The position numbers and the translations under genes are program-made. The notes below the pieces were generated by a model. The model was not told where the DNA came from, ran no database searches, and worked only from the letters and a program-made list of their open reading frames with translations. From Eledone cirrhosa (taxonomy: Eukaryota), in the NCBI GenBank assembly GCA_964016885.1, contig OZ024742.1:217558001-217622000 (forward strand): a DNA stretch of 64,000 nt, in the 5' to 3' direction. This document shows positions 11,673 to 24,749 of the stretch, piece by piece (the first letter of the stretch is position 1; every line of letters starts with the position of its first letter).

Positions 11673-13929
11673 ATCTAGGGGGATTAGAATTTTTATGTAT
11701 GTAATAAAGGAATTCTCCGGGTTTATTATATGGTGTGAATATTTAAAGAATTTGTACATACATATTTTCACTCTCTCCAAAGCAGAACTACTGAAGTTTC
11801 AAAAGTGAAGAGTGCATTGTCTCTGTATATACCACCTCTGATAGTAGGGGAGTCTTTTTTTTAACTTATTAATGGAAAATAGGCCAAGATCTGCTACATG
11901 GGCTGAGACGTTTGAGTCTATCATAATATCAAAGTTGTTCTGATGATTCTTTCTAGACCAGAGGCTTCCGTTAAATGCTATTATAATACGTCTGGCCATT
12001 AGGATTATATCAACTTCTAATTTAGTAATGTTAGTATATTCTATAGCCATGGAGAGTGCCTTATTGAGGAGGTTAGGTGAAATGGAGGCATAAGAGTTAT
12101 CTATATCAAACTATAGAGATTGTTTTATTTTTGTTATCTAAATTAATGAACCATTGAATTGCTTTAGATATCTAAATGCCTTACTGTCATTTTATCAACT
12201 TATAGAATTCAGTTTGAAACTGGTTAGACCATTACTCAACAGAGTACTTGATACTTGGTGTAGTAGAATATGCTTATATTATAAAGAGTCTTCTGTCTAT
12301 AGAGGGATTTTACCTAATTTTCTAAGCTGTATTTATAGCTATTTATCTGCATTCGAGACCTTCTACATTTTTAAACATTTCAACATACTGGACCCTCCAA
12401 CGTATATTCATCAAAGTGTTGTCACATTGAAAAGCTGATATTTAGTGTTATTTAAGACATTAAATGATGACAATAGTTTTACATTATCACACATGTACAC
12501 CTATAAATATACTAGCAGAGGCACCTGGCATTGCCTGGGAATGAAATTGTTCCTTATATATTAGAAGAAAAAAGCAAAATATGTTGTATAGAAATTTGTT
12601 ATTCTAAATTCAATTTCTTCAATTGGGATATATGATGAAATCAATTCTGAATTCATAATACAAAAAAAAAAAAATAATAATAAAAAAACAAAATACAAAA
12701 TTTACCACATTTATGAAGGGAGATAAATTCTATCACATATGTTGAAGGAAATTACGTAAGAGCTTCTGGGTAAACAACATTCTTTGTTTTTTGGTTTGGA
12801 GTATAGACAAATAAGTCTTGTAAACCTGGAGCAACCAGCATAAAGTTGACCATGAGAAAAGCAAGGCTCAATTAAGTGCAAGCCCGTAGATTTCAAAGTC
12901 TGACCTTGACCTTTATTAATAGACTTTGCAAAGCAAAGTCACATTGGGAATTGTGTTTGTTTGAATTCAAATGGCATGTATGTTGGTTTGATTGGAATTC
13001 TTGGAATGAAAACATCTTCCCCAGGTGATAATGTCTTCACAATCAACCTTGTCCCATTGCATAATTTAGGAGGATCTAAATTTCTTAGAAGCATTGTTGG
13101 GACTCCTACCTTCTGAAAAAGTTTATGTGGAGGAGCTCCAAGAGAATTAAGGAACTGTGTTGGCTAGTGGATAGCTTGATTTTCATCAAGGACTGAATCA
13201 ACTGATTGGTACTCCATAATGTCTGTTAGAATCTTATTCATTAATTCATGGTTAATCCTTGCTACTGTCTCATTTTTCTTAGCAAGAATTGCCCTTTCAC
13301 AAACCATTCATGTGAATTATAATTATTATTTAAGTCTGGAAATACCATGTTCTTCAATTCAGCTGAGAAATTCACCATGATAGCAATATGAGCCAAATTG
13401 ATATCACCATTCCCATCAATTAGTACTTTCCCATTTCCTAATTGGAGGAGTCCAGTTGAAAACTGTTGTACACATTAGTCCCCATGTAATAAAGCTCACA
13501 TGTTAGTATTGAAGGAGAATTTCTGTACTTTATTCCATAGGTGTGAAGACTTAATGCTCTTGTTCCTCTCGGAATGACTGGTAATGTTGGTCTGAAATCT
13601 CCTGATAAAACTAATGTAACTCCTCCCATAGATTTATTGTTGCCTCTTATGTCCTGTAAGGTCTTATCAAGAGCTTCCATTGTACCTCTATGTGACATGG
13701 TGCATTCAGCCCAAATGATCAGGTGGCATTGGCACAACACTGCTGTTGCAGAAAGTGCTTGCTGCAAGGTTGTTTGTTTTGTAAAGATAGTCCTTTGGCC
13801 ATTCTCTAGATCACAGGTTCTCAACCCATTTAGGCCAAACGGCCCCTTTTGCTCCGCGAAATCTAGAAACGCCCCCCTACCCTATGTTTCCATTTTTCAA
13901 TATACTATTGATTACATTGTAGCGGTTGC

Positions 13930-14835
13930 GAGCCATATTGTGCAATCTGGAAACAGCGTCAAACCCAGAGCAAATCTCTTAGCCACTGCATGTAGGAGTG
14001 GAAATCGATGCTGGATTTCCTCTTGCATCCAAAAAAGGCATTCACCTATTTTGGAAAATCTAATTTTGATCATGTCATCTGTTTGAAGTGCAATGAATTC
14101 TTCTTGAAATTTAATGTCCAAATCGTCAACGTTAGCTATGAAGGGATCTGCTATCCACATTGGGATGTCCATCTGCAAAAGGTTGATAAACCATTCTCTC
14201 TTGTTGTCTTATAGCGCATGGAGGCGAGTGGTATAAATTTGGAGTTGGTCATCGCTCACAATGTTTTGAACATTGGCAACACTAGAAAAATTATAGATTT
14301 CCTGTCAACAAAGATTCCTTTCAATGACATTCAATTTGGCCAGGAATGTTTTCATAGCATTCCTTGTTTTAAGCAAGGTGATCTTCTCCTCCTGCAAATC
14401 CATAATGAGGCTACTGCATTTGTCAAAGATGTTGGTGAGGTAGACGCAGTCTTGCCTCACATTGAGGGTTTTCTTGTACAGTTCTGTGTTGCGTCCTCGA
14501 AGAAACTCAATGATAGAGTCAAACAGTTCAAAGGAGTAAAGCACTTGCCCTTTGAAAGCCACCTCACTTCAGTATGAAGAGGCAACTTGACGAATTCTTC
14601 GTCATTATCTTGGCACAGTTGCCAGAAAATTCATTCATTGAGGCCATGGCGTTTGATAAAATTGATGACATCAATGGCCACCTGCAAAAACTTGCTCAGC
14701 AGCTCACTGAGTTTCTTTGCAGCCAAGTGTTGTCAATGAATGACACAATGAACAGCAAATACAGATAGATTTTCTCTCTTCAGAAGAGTGACGAAACACT
14801 TATGTTGACCAACCATTGCTTTTGTGTCGTCCGTA
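13930..14835 (-). pseudogene. hAT transposase fragment (Buster/ZBED8/SCAND3-like)
   Basis: Minus-strand CVIH..HLAAKKL, LHTEVRWLSKG, FELFDSIIEFL, WIADPF; frameshifts; N-terminus absent. Confidence 0.85.
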
Positions 14836-14849
14836 GCACATGATACAAT

Positions 14850-15600
14850 GTGTATTGTGTGTGGTCCTAGATGTATGTATTACCTGCCTGTGTGTTGTAT
14901 GTGGTCCCAGATGTGTGTGCTACCTGCTTTTGTGTTGCATGTGGTCCCAGATGTATGTATTACCTGCCTGTGTGTTGTATGTGGTCCCAGATGTGTGTGC
15001 TACCTGCTTTTGTGTTGCATGTGGTCCCAGATGTATGTATTACCTACCTGTGTGTTGTATGTGGTCCCAGATGTGTGTGCTACCTGCTTATGTATTGCAT
15101 ATGGTCCCAGCTGTATGTATTACCTGCCTGTGTGTTGTATGTGGTCCCAGATGTATGTATTACCTGCCTGTGTGTTGTATGTGGTCCCAGATGTGTGTGC
15201 TACCTGCTTTTGTGTTGCATGTGGTCCCAGATGTATGTATTACCTACCTGTGTGTTGTATGTGGTCCCAGATGTGTGTATTACCTGCTTTTGTGTTGCAT
15301 GTGGTGCCAGATGTATGTATTACCTACCTGTGTGTTGTATGTGGTCCCAGATGTGTGTATTTCCTGCTTTTGTGTTGCATGTGGTCCCAGATGTATGTAT
15401 TACTTACCTGTGTATTGTATGTGGTCCTAGATAAGTGTATTACCTCCTTATGTGTTGTATGTGGTCCTAGATGTGTGTGCTACCTCCTTATGTATTGTAT
15501 GTGGTCCTAGATATATGTATTACCTCCTTATGTGTTATATGTGGTTCTAGATGTATGTATTACTTGCTTATGTGTTGAATGTGGTCCTAGATGTGAGTGT
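14850..15600. repeat. 40-bp minisatellite (~19 units, alternating A/B units giving an 80-bp higher-order repeat)
   Basis: GTGGTCCCAGATGTATGTATTACCTGCCTGTGTGTTGTAT alternates with ...GTGTGCTACCTGCTTTTGTGTTGCAT. Confidence 0.95.
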
Positions 15601-16085
15601 GCTACCCGCTTCTGTGTTTTTCTTTTCTTTTTTCTTTTCTGTTTTTCTTTTGTTTATTTTTAATATTATTTATAGAATTGGGAATAAAATAGATCTACAT
15701 AGAATTAACTCGTTGCGGTTGAATCAATAATTTCAGACATGAAATACATTGTTATCAGTGAAGGAGAGACAAGATTCTAACTGGGTGCGCTCAAAGTGTC
15801 TTTCACCCAGTTGACTGTGGGTTTTTCTATTTTTAGGACTTCAATTACTGGTTAATGTCTAGACATGTGTGCACACCTGCAGTCAGACAATAGTTATGCT
15901 GTCTGCATGCTCATTCAAATGCATTTCCACTGGCTGTCTCAGAGACGTACAAATATGGCTTATAAAACTTAGCAAAGTAAAGAGCCTTCCAGCGCACCCC
16001 AAAGCTCCAAATGCCCCCTTGCTCCATAACGACCCCCACCCACCCCCTGGTGATATGCTCCCCATTGAGAACCTTTGCTCTAGAT

Positions 16086-16825
16086 CAGGTTTTCTCAACC
16101 TTTTTTTCAGCCAGTGCCCCCTTTTGGCACAACTTTTTTGTCAACGGCCCCCTGTCAAATTAAATTTCAAATAAGATACTGAATTCATCTTACATAGAAA
16201 GATGACAAAAGTAATTTTAATAGCTGAGTTATAATTTTATAATTAAAACAAATTCAAAATTTAAATTTCCGAACATAAGACTTACCACGTTATCTGGTGT
16301 ATAGCTGCAGTTCAAATGGGTACAAAACCTAAAACAAATGTGTGTGTGTGTGCGTGTGTGGTTCGGCCTTTAATCGCCAGGGGTCAATTTAAGTTCAACC
16401 ACAGAAAGGAATTCAAAAGAGCAAGACACTCACATGCACGCAATCATATACATACAAACATACCCATACATACATATCAGCCACTCCCAAAAGCCAGTTC
16501 CATCTAAAATTCTGACCACCATTCTTTATATATTTGCACACAACACATACATTCAGCTTTTCGTTTTTATTCATTGTTTTATTTTTTATTTTAGTCGTCA
16601 GTCACCATTCATTTGTTTTTTGTTTTTGTTTTTGTTTTGGGGGTTTTACTTTACCGACACCAGTTACACCTGGTGCCAGGAAAAGTATATAAAAAATTTT
16701 TGAAAATTTGAAAGAAAAAAAAAGGATAAATGCCCACCGCCCACCTGAGTACACCCCCCCCCCAATGAAATAAAAACTCCCAGCGCCTCCTTTCAAAGCA
16801 TCAGTGCCCACGTTGGGAAACACTG
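16086..16825. mobile_element. Second non-autonomous hAT family (MITE-like)
   Basis: Imperfect TIRs CAGGTTTTCTCAAC / GTTGGGAAACACTG, flanked by CTCTAGAT at 16078-16085 and 16826-16833. Confidence 0.85.
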
Positions 16826-17539
16826 CTCTAGATGGACATTCAGATGAATGATGGCTGGGTGTCTCTCATGAATGGGGAAATTGAAGATGTGGTAAAAAGC
16901 CTCATTGCTACTGATGTATCTTCCTCTCATACTGTGCAAATTTGTCATTTTTATTTATCTGTTGACTGCCATTCTGCATAAGAGTGTATGTTGCAACATC
17001 TAAACCTTTGTTTATGTATTTGCAAACATACTTAATAGACTTAACAGAGTTGCAGAATTCAACATTGATATGGGCTTTGAAAGTTTTTGTAAGAAGAGGA
17101 TAGTAAGGTAAGATGAATTCTTGACCATTTCTCATTTTTTTTTTCGAAGGGAATCCACCATGCCCAGGTTTTCTTCTCCTGTAAAAGTGGGTAGCCACCT
17201 TCTCCAGTTTGGGTTTCTTGTATAGAGGGACGTGGTTAGTTCTTGGTACACTTATTATCCCTCATGCATGAGGAGGATGGATTAATCGAACCACAGGGTC
17301 CATGAATCATCTTGGACTTGACAATTTCATGCAGCAAACGATCTTGCTGTGGGTCAAGCAGTTCAGCTGAGATAAATAAATCAATATCATTTGGCTGAAG
17401 TTTTTCATGTAACCAAATCAAAATGTTGGCATGTGGCATTCCTCGTTTTTGCCATTCAATTGTGTACATGTCACATTTGACTGATCCAAAGACTTCGACT
17501 TTTTTTAGGCGATCCATCAGCTTTATAACTTTAAGTTTG

Positions 17540-20363
17540 AAATGATGATGGGTTAAGTGGGGTAGGCATTTTACTGGCCAAGAGGTGGATCAATAAGAGA
17601 ATAGAGGTAGTTAGGGTCAGTAACAGAATTATTAAGATTAGATTAGTTGAGGCAAGAGACTGCTGACAATTATCTCTACCTATGCTCCCCAGGCAGGCCT
17701 AGGTAAAGAAGAGGACTGTTTTTATGAGTAACTTCTAGAAACAACCACAATGACAGAGGACAGAGACATAGTTATATTAGCAGGAGACTTCAATGATCAT
17801 GTTGGTCAGCTCCAGGATGGATACACTGGGGTACATGGTGGTCATGGTTATGGCTCAAGAAACAAGAGTGAGGCTTCTTTGTGCACTAACCATTTGCAAC
17901 ACTAACTTCGAGAAACCTACCAACCACCTAATAACCTACCAATCAGGTGAGCACATAAGCCAGATTGACTTCTTGCTAGTTAGGCAACAAGATAGACAGA
18001 TGGTGTCAAATACTAAGGCATACCCCAGAGAAGAATGTACCCCCCAGCATAGGTTAGTCGTTAGTGACATCTCAATAAGCAAGAGACAAAATGAGACATA
18101 CAAGAAGGTGTGGAAGTTAAAAGACCTTTCACTAAAATATTTAGAAAAGCCCTTCAAGATGTGTATGACGAAAAAGAAGATGAGTTAGAATCGTATGACA
18201 TAGATGATAACTGGAATTTCTTACGTGACAACTTACTACTGGCTACTGAAGAAACTTGTGCCTGGAGCAGAGCTCCGACCAAACAGAGGGTGACCTGGCG
18301 GTGGAACAGCACAGTAGATAGGGCCATTAGAGACAAAAGACTAGCATGGAACGCTTGGAAAAATGGTGGGAGTAGAGAAGGATATACAGCCGCTAAGCGA
18401 GAAGCTAGACATCAGGTGTATATAGCATGCAAGGAAGCTGAGAGTAGGAGGTTTGCCAATGTTCTGCGATGAGAGGATCAGAGACAGGTGGTGTTCCGCA
18501 TTGCAAGGCAGTGTGTCAATGTAAATCAAGATGTTGGAGATAAGTGTGTCCGAAATGATGCGGGTATACTTAGTGTTACTGATGCTCAGAAAAAGGAGGC
18601 CTCTTAATGTCATTATGAGAGACTGATGAATGTTGAGAACGAATGGGAGAGAGAGAAACTACTCCTGGTAGATCCAACAGAAGGACCAGCTATTGAGATT
18701 GACGACTATAGGGTCCAAGAGGCAATTAAGGAAATGCAAAGTGGCAAGGCTGCTTGACCATCAAGGATAGTTGCTGAGAGGCTGAAGGCATCAGGAGAAG
18801 TAGGAACTAAACTGGTTGAATGCATTGTCAACCAAGCTATATATGGTGGAGTCATGCCCAAAGAATAGTGCAGCAGTATCCTTATAAATTGCTACAAAGG
18901 TAAAGGGGATGCTCTGGAGAGGAGCAATTATAGAGGCATAAAACGGATGGATCAGGTTATGAAAGTGGCAGAAAGAATACTAGCACAACTAATTAGAGAA
19001 ATGGTCAAATTAGATGAGATGCAGTTTGGTTTTGTGCCTGGGAAAAGTACAATGGATGCCCTCATCTTAGTGAGACAACTACAAGAGAGGTTCTTAGAGA
19101 AGAATACGCTACTATACTTAGCTTTTATTGACCTAGAGAAGGCCTTTGATAGAGTACCCCGATCTGTCATCTGGTGGTCCCTAAGGAAACTAGGAGTTGA
19201 GGAAAGGCTTGTGAGGACAGTGCAAGCTATGTACAGGGGTGCTGTCAGTAAAGTGAGAGTAGGAATCGAGTTTAGTGAGGAATTCCAGATACAAGTAGGA
19301 GTACATCAGGGTTCAGTCCTCAGCCCACTCTTGTTCATTATAGTCCTCCAAGCCAGTTTAAGACTGGCTGCCCATGGGAACTTCTCTATGCTGACGATCT
19401 GGTACTTTAGCAGAATCAGTAGGAGAGCTAGAGAATAAATTCTGGCTGGAATCAAGAGGACTGAGAGTAAATCTAGCTAAGACAAAGGTGTTGATAAGTA
19501 GCAAAGAGGACAAAACTCTGATTCCATCAGGGAAAGGCCATGTTCAATATGTAGGAAAGGAGTTGGCATAAATTCTATAAAATGTACACAATGCAGATCT
19601 TGGGTACACAAGAGATGTAGTGGGATAGCAGGCAAGCTAACAAATAGGGAAAACTATATATGCAGTAGATGTACAGGGAAATTTGACAGTACTAGTCGCA
19701 GTTATAGGCACATTTTTCAAACGCGGGTAGGACCCATAGAGGTGGTTGATAGCTTCCAATACCTAGGTGATCAGATTAGTAAGGGAGGAGGGTGCTCTGA
19801 GGCCATAGTATCCAGAATAAGGACGGGTTAGAAGAAGTTTAGGGAGCTGCTTCCTCTGTGGACAAAGAAGGGTTTCTCCCTACGAACGAAAGGCTGGTTG
19901 GTTATATGATGCCTGTGTGAGATGCGCGATTCTGCATGGTAGTGAGACATGGGCAGCAACTGTGGAAGACATGCGACGGCTAGAGAGAAATGAAGTAAGC
20001 ATGCTCCGTTGGATGTGCAATGTCAATGCGCGTGAACAACCAAGCATAGACGAGTTGAGAGAGAAACTGTGTATAAGAGGGATAGACTGTAGTGTGTGGG
20101 AGAGAAGGCTGCATTGGGATGGACATGTGATGCACATGGAGGATGACTGCTTGGTAAAGAAGTGCCAAGAAATCCCAGTAGAAGGAAAATGCAGTAGAGG
20201 AAGACCACGAAAAACATGGGCGGAGGTGATGAGAGCAGACCTCAGAACGCTGAAGCTCACGGAGATGACAAAGGACCGTGACGAATGGAAAGATGCCGTG
20301 CTTAATAAGACCCGTCCCACCCTTGCAAGCAGGGAAAAGCGGATGTAAAATGATGATGATGAT
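17540..20363 (+). mobile_element. RTE family A LINE (APE-RT-PHD), 5'-truncated, inserted in the Helitron
   Basis: STYAPQ and AGDFN endonuclease remnants; ORF 18947-19438 (FIDLEKAFDRV, GVHQGSVLSP); (GAT)n tail; Helitron frame IAWI|FKLK continues across it. Confidence 0.9.
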
Positions 20364-21653
20364 CCAAGCAATAACACCATGGCCATCTTTGGGTTCTTGA
20401 TGGTGATAAAGCTCACTCTTTATTTCATGTCATGTTGGGTTACATGTGAATGTAATGAAGAGGTCTGGACGACCATAGTGTCTGACATATGTAAGTGCAC
20501 CTTGGGTACGCTCATGCATATACCATGGACTTCCTGTAAAGCTTGATGGAAGAATGATACAAAGCTGTCCAATGTTATCAGCAACCAATCCTTCATTACT
20601 GATTGTATCTCTCAGGTGAATGTAATTTGATGCACAGAGATCTTTCTGATGTGTTTTAATGTAAAGAAGCCTTTCTCCTTCAATTTTTGTATACATATCA
20701 ACTGCAAATTGCTGGAAGAGCTCGCGTGAAAGATAAATAATATTGAAGTCTTGCTCTCTTAATATAAAAAGGTAATCATAGAATTCCGTGCAGCTTACTG
20801 TTTTTGTCAGTGGGCGCTCTTGTTTTAAGATTTTTTTTTTTTTAATACCAAAATGATATCCATCTTGGCCATATACACAGATTAATGGATACTGGAGTGC
20901 ATCATATGCATTTATCCAATGCATATTATTTCCTTGAATAATAATATCTCTCTTCCCATACTTGTCACCTGTAATAATTGCTGCTACATCATTTGCGGCT
21001 GGGGGTATTGTAGCAACCTCTGAGTTCAGCAACAGGTTTTTTGTCTGTGTAGTGGATAAATGTATTCTTTCAGGATGAATGATAAAAAGAATAATGCTAG
21101 AATTGTGATGTTGACAATGTTTATTTTACAATAACAATATTCACTTGTTGGTACATCGAACATCGAATAATAAAATTGTGACAGCAATTATCACTACATT
21201 AATTTGCTGACTAGCTTCTTTGAGCTAGCATAAATACATGTATCACAGAAAACGATATAGTAAAAGTTGTGTTGTATCTTACAGTAGTACAATGACAGGG
21301 AGACAGAAGAATAGATAAAGCGTTGAAGTAAACAAATGAAACCTACTGTGTGTGCGTGTCTATTCTTAGTATACGTTATTCCCGTAGTAGTGGTCAATCT
21401 GTCGAGCGGGTATGAAATGTGAGAATATAGTAAACAAACTGGTTTTTGTGAAGAGAAATTTCACAGTGTTAGCAGAACTTTCGGCACTACCATGCTATTA
21501 GCTGTCAGAAGTGAAAGTTTGTCAACCTTCTCAATCGTAAACATCGTTTATTTCCGTATTACCACGCGTTATGTTAATAAAGTATATCGATGTAAGTGGA
21601 GTTACTTAAATAAAAATATAGGTGGCCCTTAAAAGGGCCAAATTAGAAAACAA

Positions 21654-21947
21654 ATTTAAGTTAATTAGAAAACAAGTCATGGTTATCAAATAAATTTGAT
21701 TTAATCATTTATATTTTCATAGTCATCAATGTAGAAAACAAGTCATTTTCACCAACAGTGGAGTTAACTTGGCGATAATGAAAATATAGGTGGGTCCTTA
21801 AAAGGGCCAAATTAGAAAACAAATATATGGTTATCAAATTTTTTTCACCAACCCTATACATGAAATTGATAACCATGACTATGAAAATATAAATGATTAA
21901 ATCCAATTTATTTAATAATCATGACTTGTTTTCTAATTAACTTAAAT
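21654..21947. repeat. 73-bp inverted repeat (fold-back/MITE-like) with overlapping ~45-bp direct repeats
   Basis: 21654-21726 is the near-exact reverse complement of 21875-21947; AAAATATAGGTGG..CCTTAAAAGGGCCAAATTAGAAAACAAAT occurs at ~21613 and ~21781. Confidence 0.8.
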
Positions 21948-22936
21948 ATGGTCAAGTGGTATGTACGTTTATCATGTCTCTTGACAGGACAATGATGGGA
22001 AACTCCCAACAATAGGTGGTCCAAGAGGCGAGAACTTTTAGATTCGGTTTCGAATCGTCGCCAGGTTATTTATAGGAGAATTCCGTTATAGTCTGCATCA
22101 ATAACTATCTTATATTCAGGAGGTGGTGCAGATTCTAATGCATACTTAAAGCTTCTGATGTAGCTATTGTTTGCTTGCAACATATCTTGCAGATCAAAGA
22201 TTAACTCTTCTTTCAAATTTGACAGTTGCAACGTCTACTTGTTGTAATTTGCCACAAAATATCGGTCGTTTTCGTTTCTTTGTGCAGGGGTCTCTAGTTA
22301 CCTTGCTCTGGCTACCTGTACTCGTCTTTGCTTAATTGTAGAATACTGATCATCTACATGTACCCCGTCTCCTCTTGTAGGAAATGAGAACATTTTTCTC
22401 GGAAACTTTTTGCGAAAATTAAAATGGGGATTAAATGAAAAAATGAGTGAAAGTAACGTGAATATTTTCACAAGAGTGATTGAAATAAATGGCGATTGTG
22501 GAACGCCGCACACACGCACACTCACACATGTTGATAGTTTATACTTCCTGTGGGACGCCGCACGTATACACGCACACATGTTAATAGTTTTTGCTTTCCT
22601 TCCCCTCTTATTTCCTCATCACACACATCTATCTATACTGACACTATACATCTAAACTATAATAAAGGAATACAGTATAAAACAGGGCGTCTCTCTCCCG
22701 CTATCCCCCGCTTTTTTAACACTTCCTCTCTTTTAGTCCGTCTGTTTCTTTCACTCTCTCTTTCTCCCTCTACCGAAAAACGTTGTGACGAATGAGGAAA
22801 TGCAGGAGGAGAAGTAAAGAGCCACTTCCTCACTTTGCTTCTCTGTTTATTTCTCTCCCCCCCTCACTCCCTCATTGGCATTATGCACAGACATCTGCTA
22901 ATATATATATATATATATATAGAGAGAGATATAGAT

Positions 22937-23233
22937 GTACGCGTGTGTTCTATCGCGCATGATCAACTGGATATTGACTTATACCTCTGCCATTAATTAA
23001 GTTTTCATCAATATCGTTTTTAATCGAAATACATCCGTCTATACAGTAATCTACTTCGCACGAAAGATAAAGTTATTGAAAAGTAGTTATATTTGTCAAC
23101 TATAAAATATATATATAGGGAGAAGGAAAGACTAGTACAGAGAGAGAGAATACTGGTAATTATTCTCCATTCAACAACATGCCCAGCCACCATCATTGAT
23201 TGATTTCCCAACAATAGCTGTGATTTATACGAG
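22937..23233 (+). promoter_or_regulatory. Putative promoter and non-coding exon 1 of ZNF locus 1
   Basis: Homologous to 30392-30589 upstream of the paralog; CpG motif ACGCGT..TCGCGCATG; shared donor GAG|GTATTT at 23234; matching acceptor TTTCAG| at 25267. Confidence 0.6.
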
Positions 23234-23394
23234 GTATTTATTCATCTTAAAGTTGCTTTCTTTATTCCATTGTCTTTTCTTTGAGCTATCATTGATGGAA
23301 AATTCCTATCAGAACTCTTCATATTAGAGTGAAAGTAAAATCAAGCTTTCCGATATACTGGACGTTTTGATTAAACGATTGGTTATTATTAGTG

Positions 23395-23530
23395 GATTGG
23401 TAGGGCCTGCGGCGACACAGTTACGGCCCTTTACGTTCTAGGTTCAAATCTCGCCGAAGGTTGATTTAATCGGGTTTTCCATCCCCTAAAATTGTTGGCC
23501 TTGTACCTAAATCAGAAACCCATTATTATA
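23395..23530 (+). mobile_element. SINE family 1, internally deleted
   Basis: GTTACGGCCCTTTACGTTCTAGGTTCAAATCTCGCCGA...GGCCTTGTACCTAAATCAGAAAC. Confidence 0.65.
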
Positions 23531-23554
23531 GGAAAACCCTCTCGATTTCAGTTA

Positions 23555-24610
23555 GAGATCAGCCAAGTTCATGGATATTATCCAACCATCTTGCTCTGGG
23601 TCTCCTGTCTGGTGGGTTTGCCTGTAAAATCTGTCCAGCAATTCTTTCCTGAGACATTCTAACCACACAGTATCGGACCTGTGATCTCTCAATTGGGAGA
23701 AGTGGCGGCTTTGCCTGGAGTGACTCTCAGACCCCCGAGCAATGCTCTCTATCGAGTAACGTTATTTCAAAGACCCTTCGAAGGAACCCCATTACCGTTT
23801 TTACACCTACCTCTCTTCTGATTACCGAATGCTGAAGCTGGCACATTACTGCACCAGATCCTCCAATTTGTGCACTTCATTCATCTTGTCTTCCATCACC
23901 CGTGAACACATGTAGAGTGCACTGCTCAGGCTTCTTAGTTTTCGCAGCACTGATTTTCGTTCCAGCCATGCAGCACTTGGCATCAAGTCTATAAAGTGCA
24001 AGTCGATCATCTTCTGTTGAGTTGAGTAACACCATGTTGTCTGCAAATTCCAGCTGTCTGATTTTACACCCACCAGTCTTGATACCACTTTCAACCCGGC
24101 TGCGCATGTCAATCCTGTCCATGTTAATAATTGTTTCTACTTTAGACACAACGCCTGTAATTACCCCAGTACATTACTGGTGCTTTATTTTATCGACCCC
24201 GTAAGGATGAACGGCAAAGTTAACCTCGGCGGGATTTGAGCTCAGACCGCAAAGGGACGTAACATTATGCTGCAAAGCATGGTGTCCGACCTTCTACCGA
24301 TACTGCCAATCCACCTAATGAACAAAAGAGGTGACCGGACGCACCCTTGGCAGAGTCAGACTCCCACAGTCAATGGTTTCAATTTAGAACCATTTATCCT
24401 AACAAAAATACTCGAGCATTCATATATTTTCATCAGGGCAGCAAGAAGCTGACCATCTATCCAATACTCCTGCAGAGCCTTCCACAGCATGTCCCGAGGA
24501 ACGCAGTCATATGTTTTTTCGAGGTCTACAAAACAATAATATACCTCTTGGCAATACTCCCATGATTTCTTGAATACCTGCCGCAGTATGAATATTTGGT
24601 CGGTTTTGTA
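23555..24610 (-). mobile_element. RTE family B LINE fragment (intronic) interrupted by a SINE
   Basis: Aligns to 32620-33620; QLEFADNMVLLNS. Confidence 0.8.
24127..24313 (-). mobile_element. tRNA-derived SINE family 1
   Basis: Matches 2376-2550. Confidence 0.85.
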
Positions 24611-24749
24611 AATTCAGTTTCTGTGGAGTAAATTAAAAGAATGTTCATGACATTGTTTTAAATAAATGAAAAATAATATGCATCTAAATAGTTTAATCTA
24701 TGATCATGAATCTTAGGTGATAACCAAAAGAATATAATTACAAATACAA

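Larger units (their letters stand above)
10040..12460 (-). mobile_element. Decayed Penelope-like element RT fragment, interrupted by a hAT element at 10266-11672
   Basis: IVNNISGRISRLSAN..YYNKALTGSGY and FDIMIDS..SAHVADL resemble the PLE ORF at 49215-50105; removing the hAT and one TSD restores HKNSNPPRLLIKSIVNN. Confidence 0.75.
13812..16077 (-). mobile_element. hAT (Buster/Charlie-type) transposon with truncated transposase
   Basis: Same TIRs as 10266-11672; TSD CTCTAGAT at 13804-13811 and 16078-16085. Confidence 0.92.
12512..22935 (-). mobile_element. Decayed Helitron (RepHel) region carrying nested hAT and RTE insertions
   Basis: 3' end: hairpin CCCAGGCAATGCCAGG followed by CTAG|T at 12512. 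PIF1 helicase motifs (LSGDFRPTLPV, FSHGQLY) at 12700-13750. Rep motifs (IEWQKRGMPHANILIW, HINVEFCNSVKSIKYVCKY, RPDLFITFTCNP) at 16830-17530 and 20390-21060. N-terminal piece (LQDMLQANNSYIRSFK) at ~22090-22330. Candidate A|TC 5' end at 22935 is less certain. Confidence 0.75.

Noticed and set aside
14824-15510. Cys-rich ORFs in three frames; possible CRISPR-like array
   Set aside because: Translation of a 40-bp tandem repeat with no unique spacers, inside a hAT element in eukaryotic DNA
10266-16077. One 5.8-kb transposon with ~750-bp TIRs
   Set aside because: TSDs differ (ATCTAGGG vs CTCTAGAT) and each half has its own second TIR, so these are two independent copies in opposite orientation
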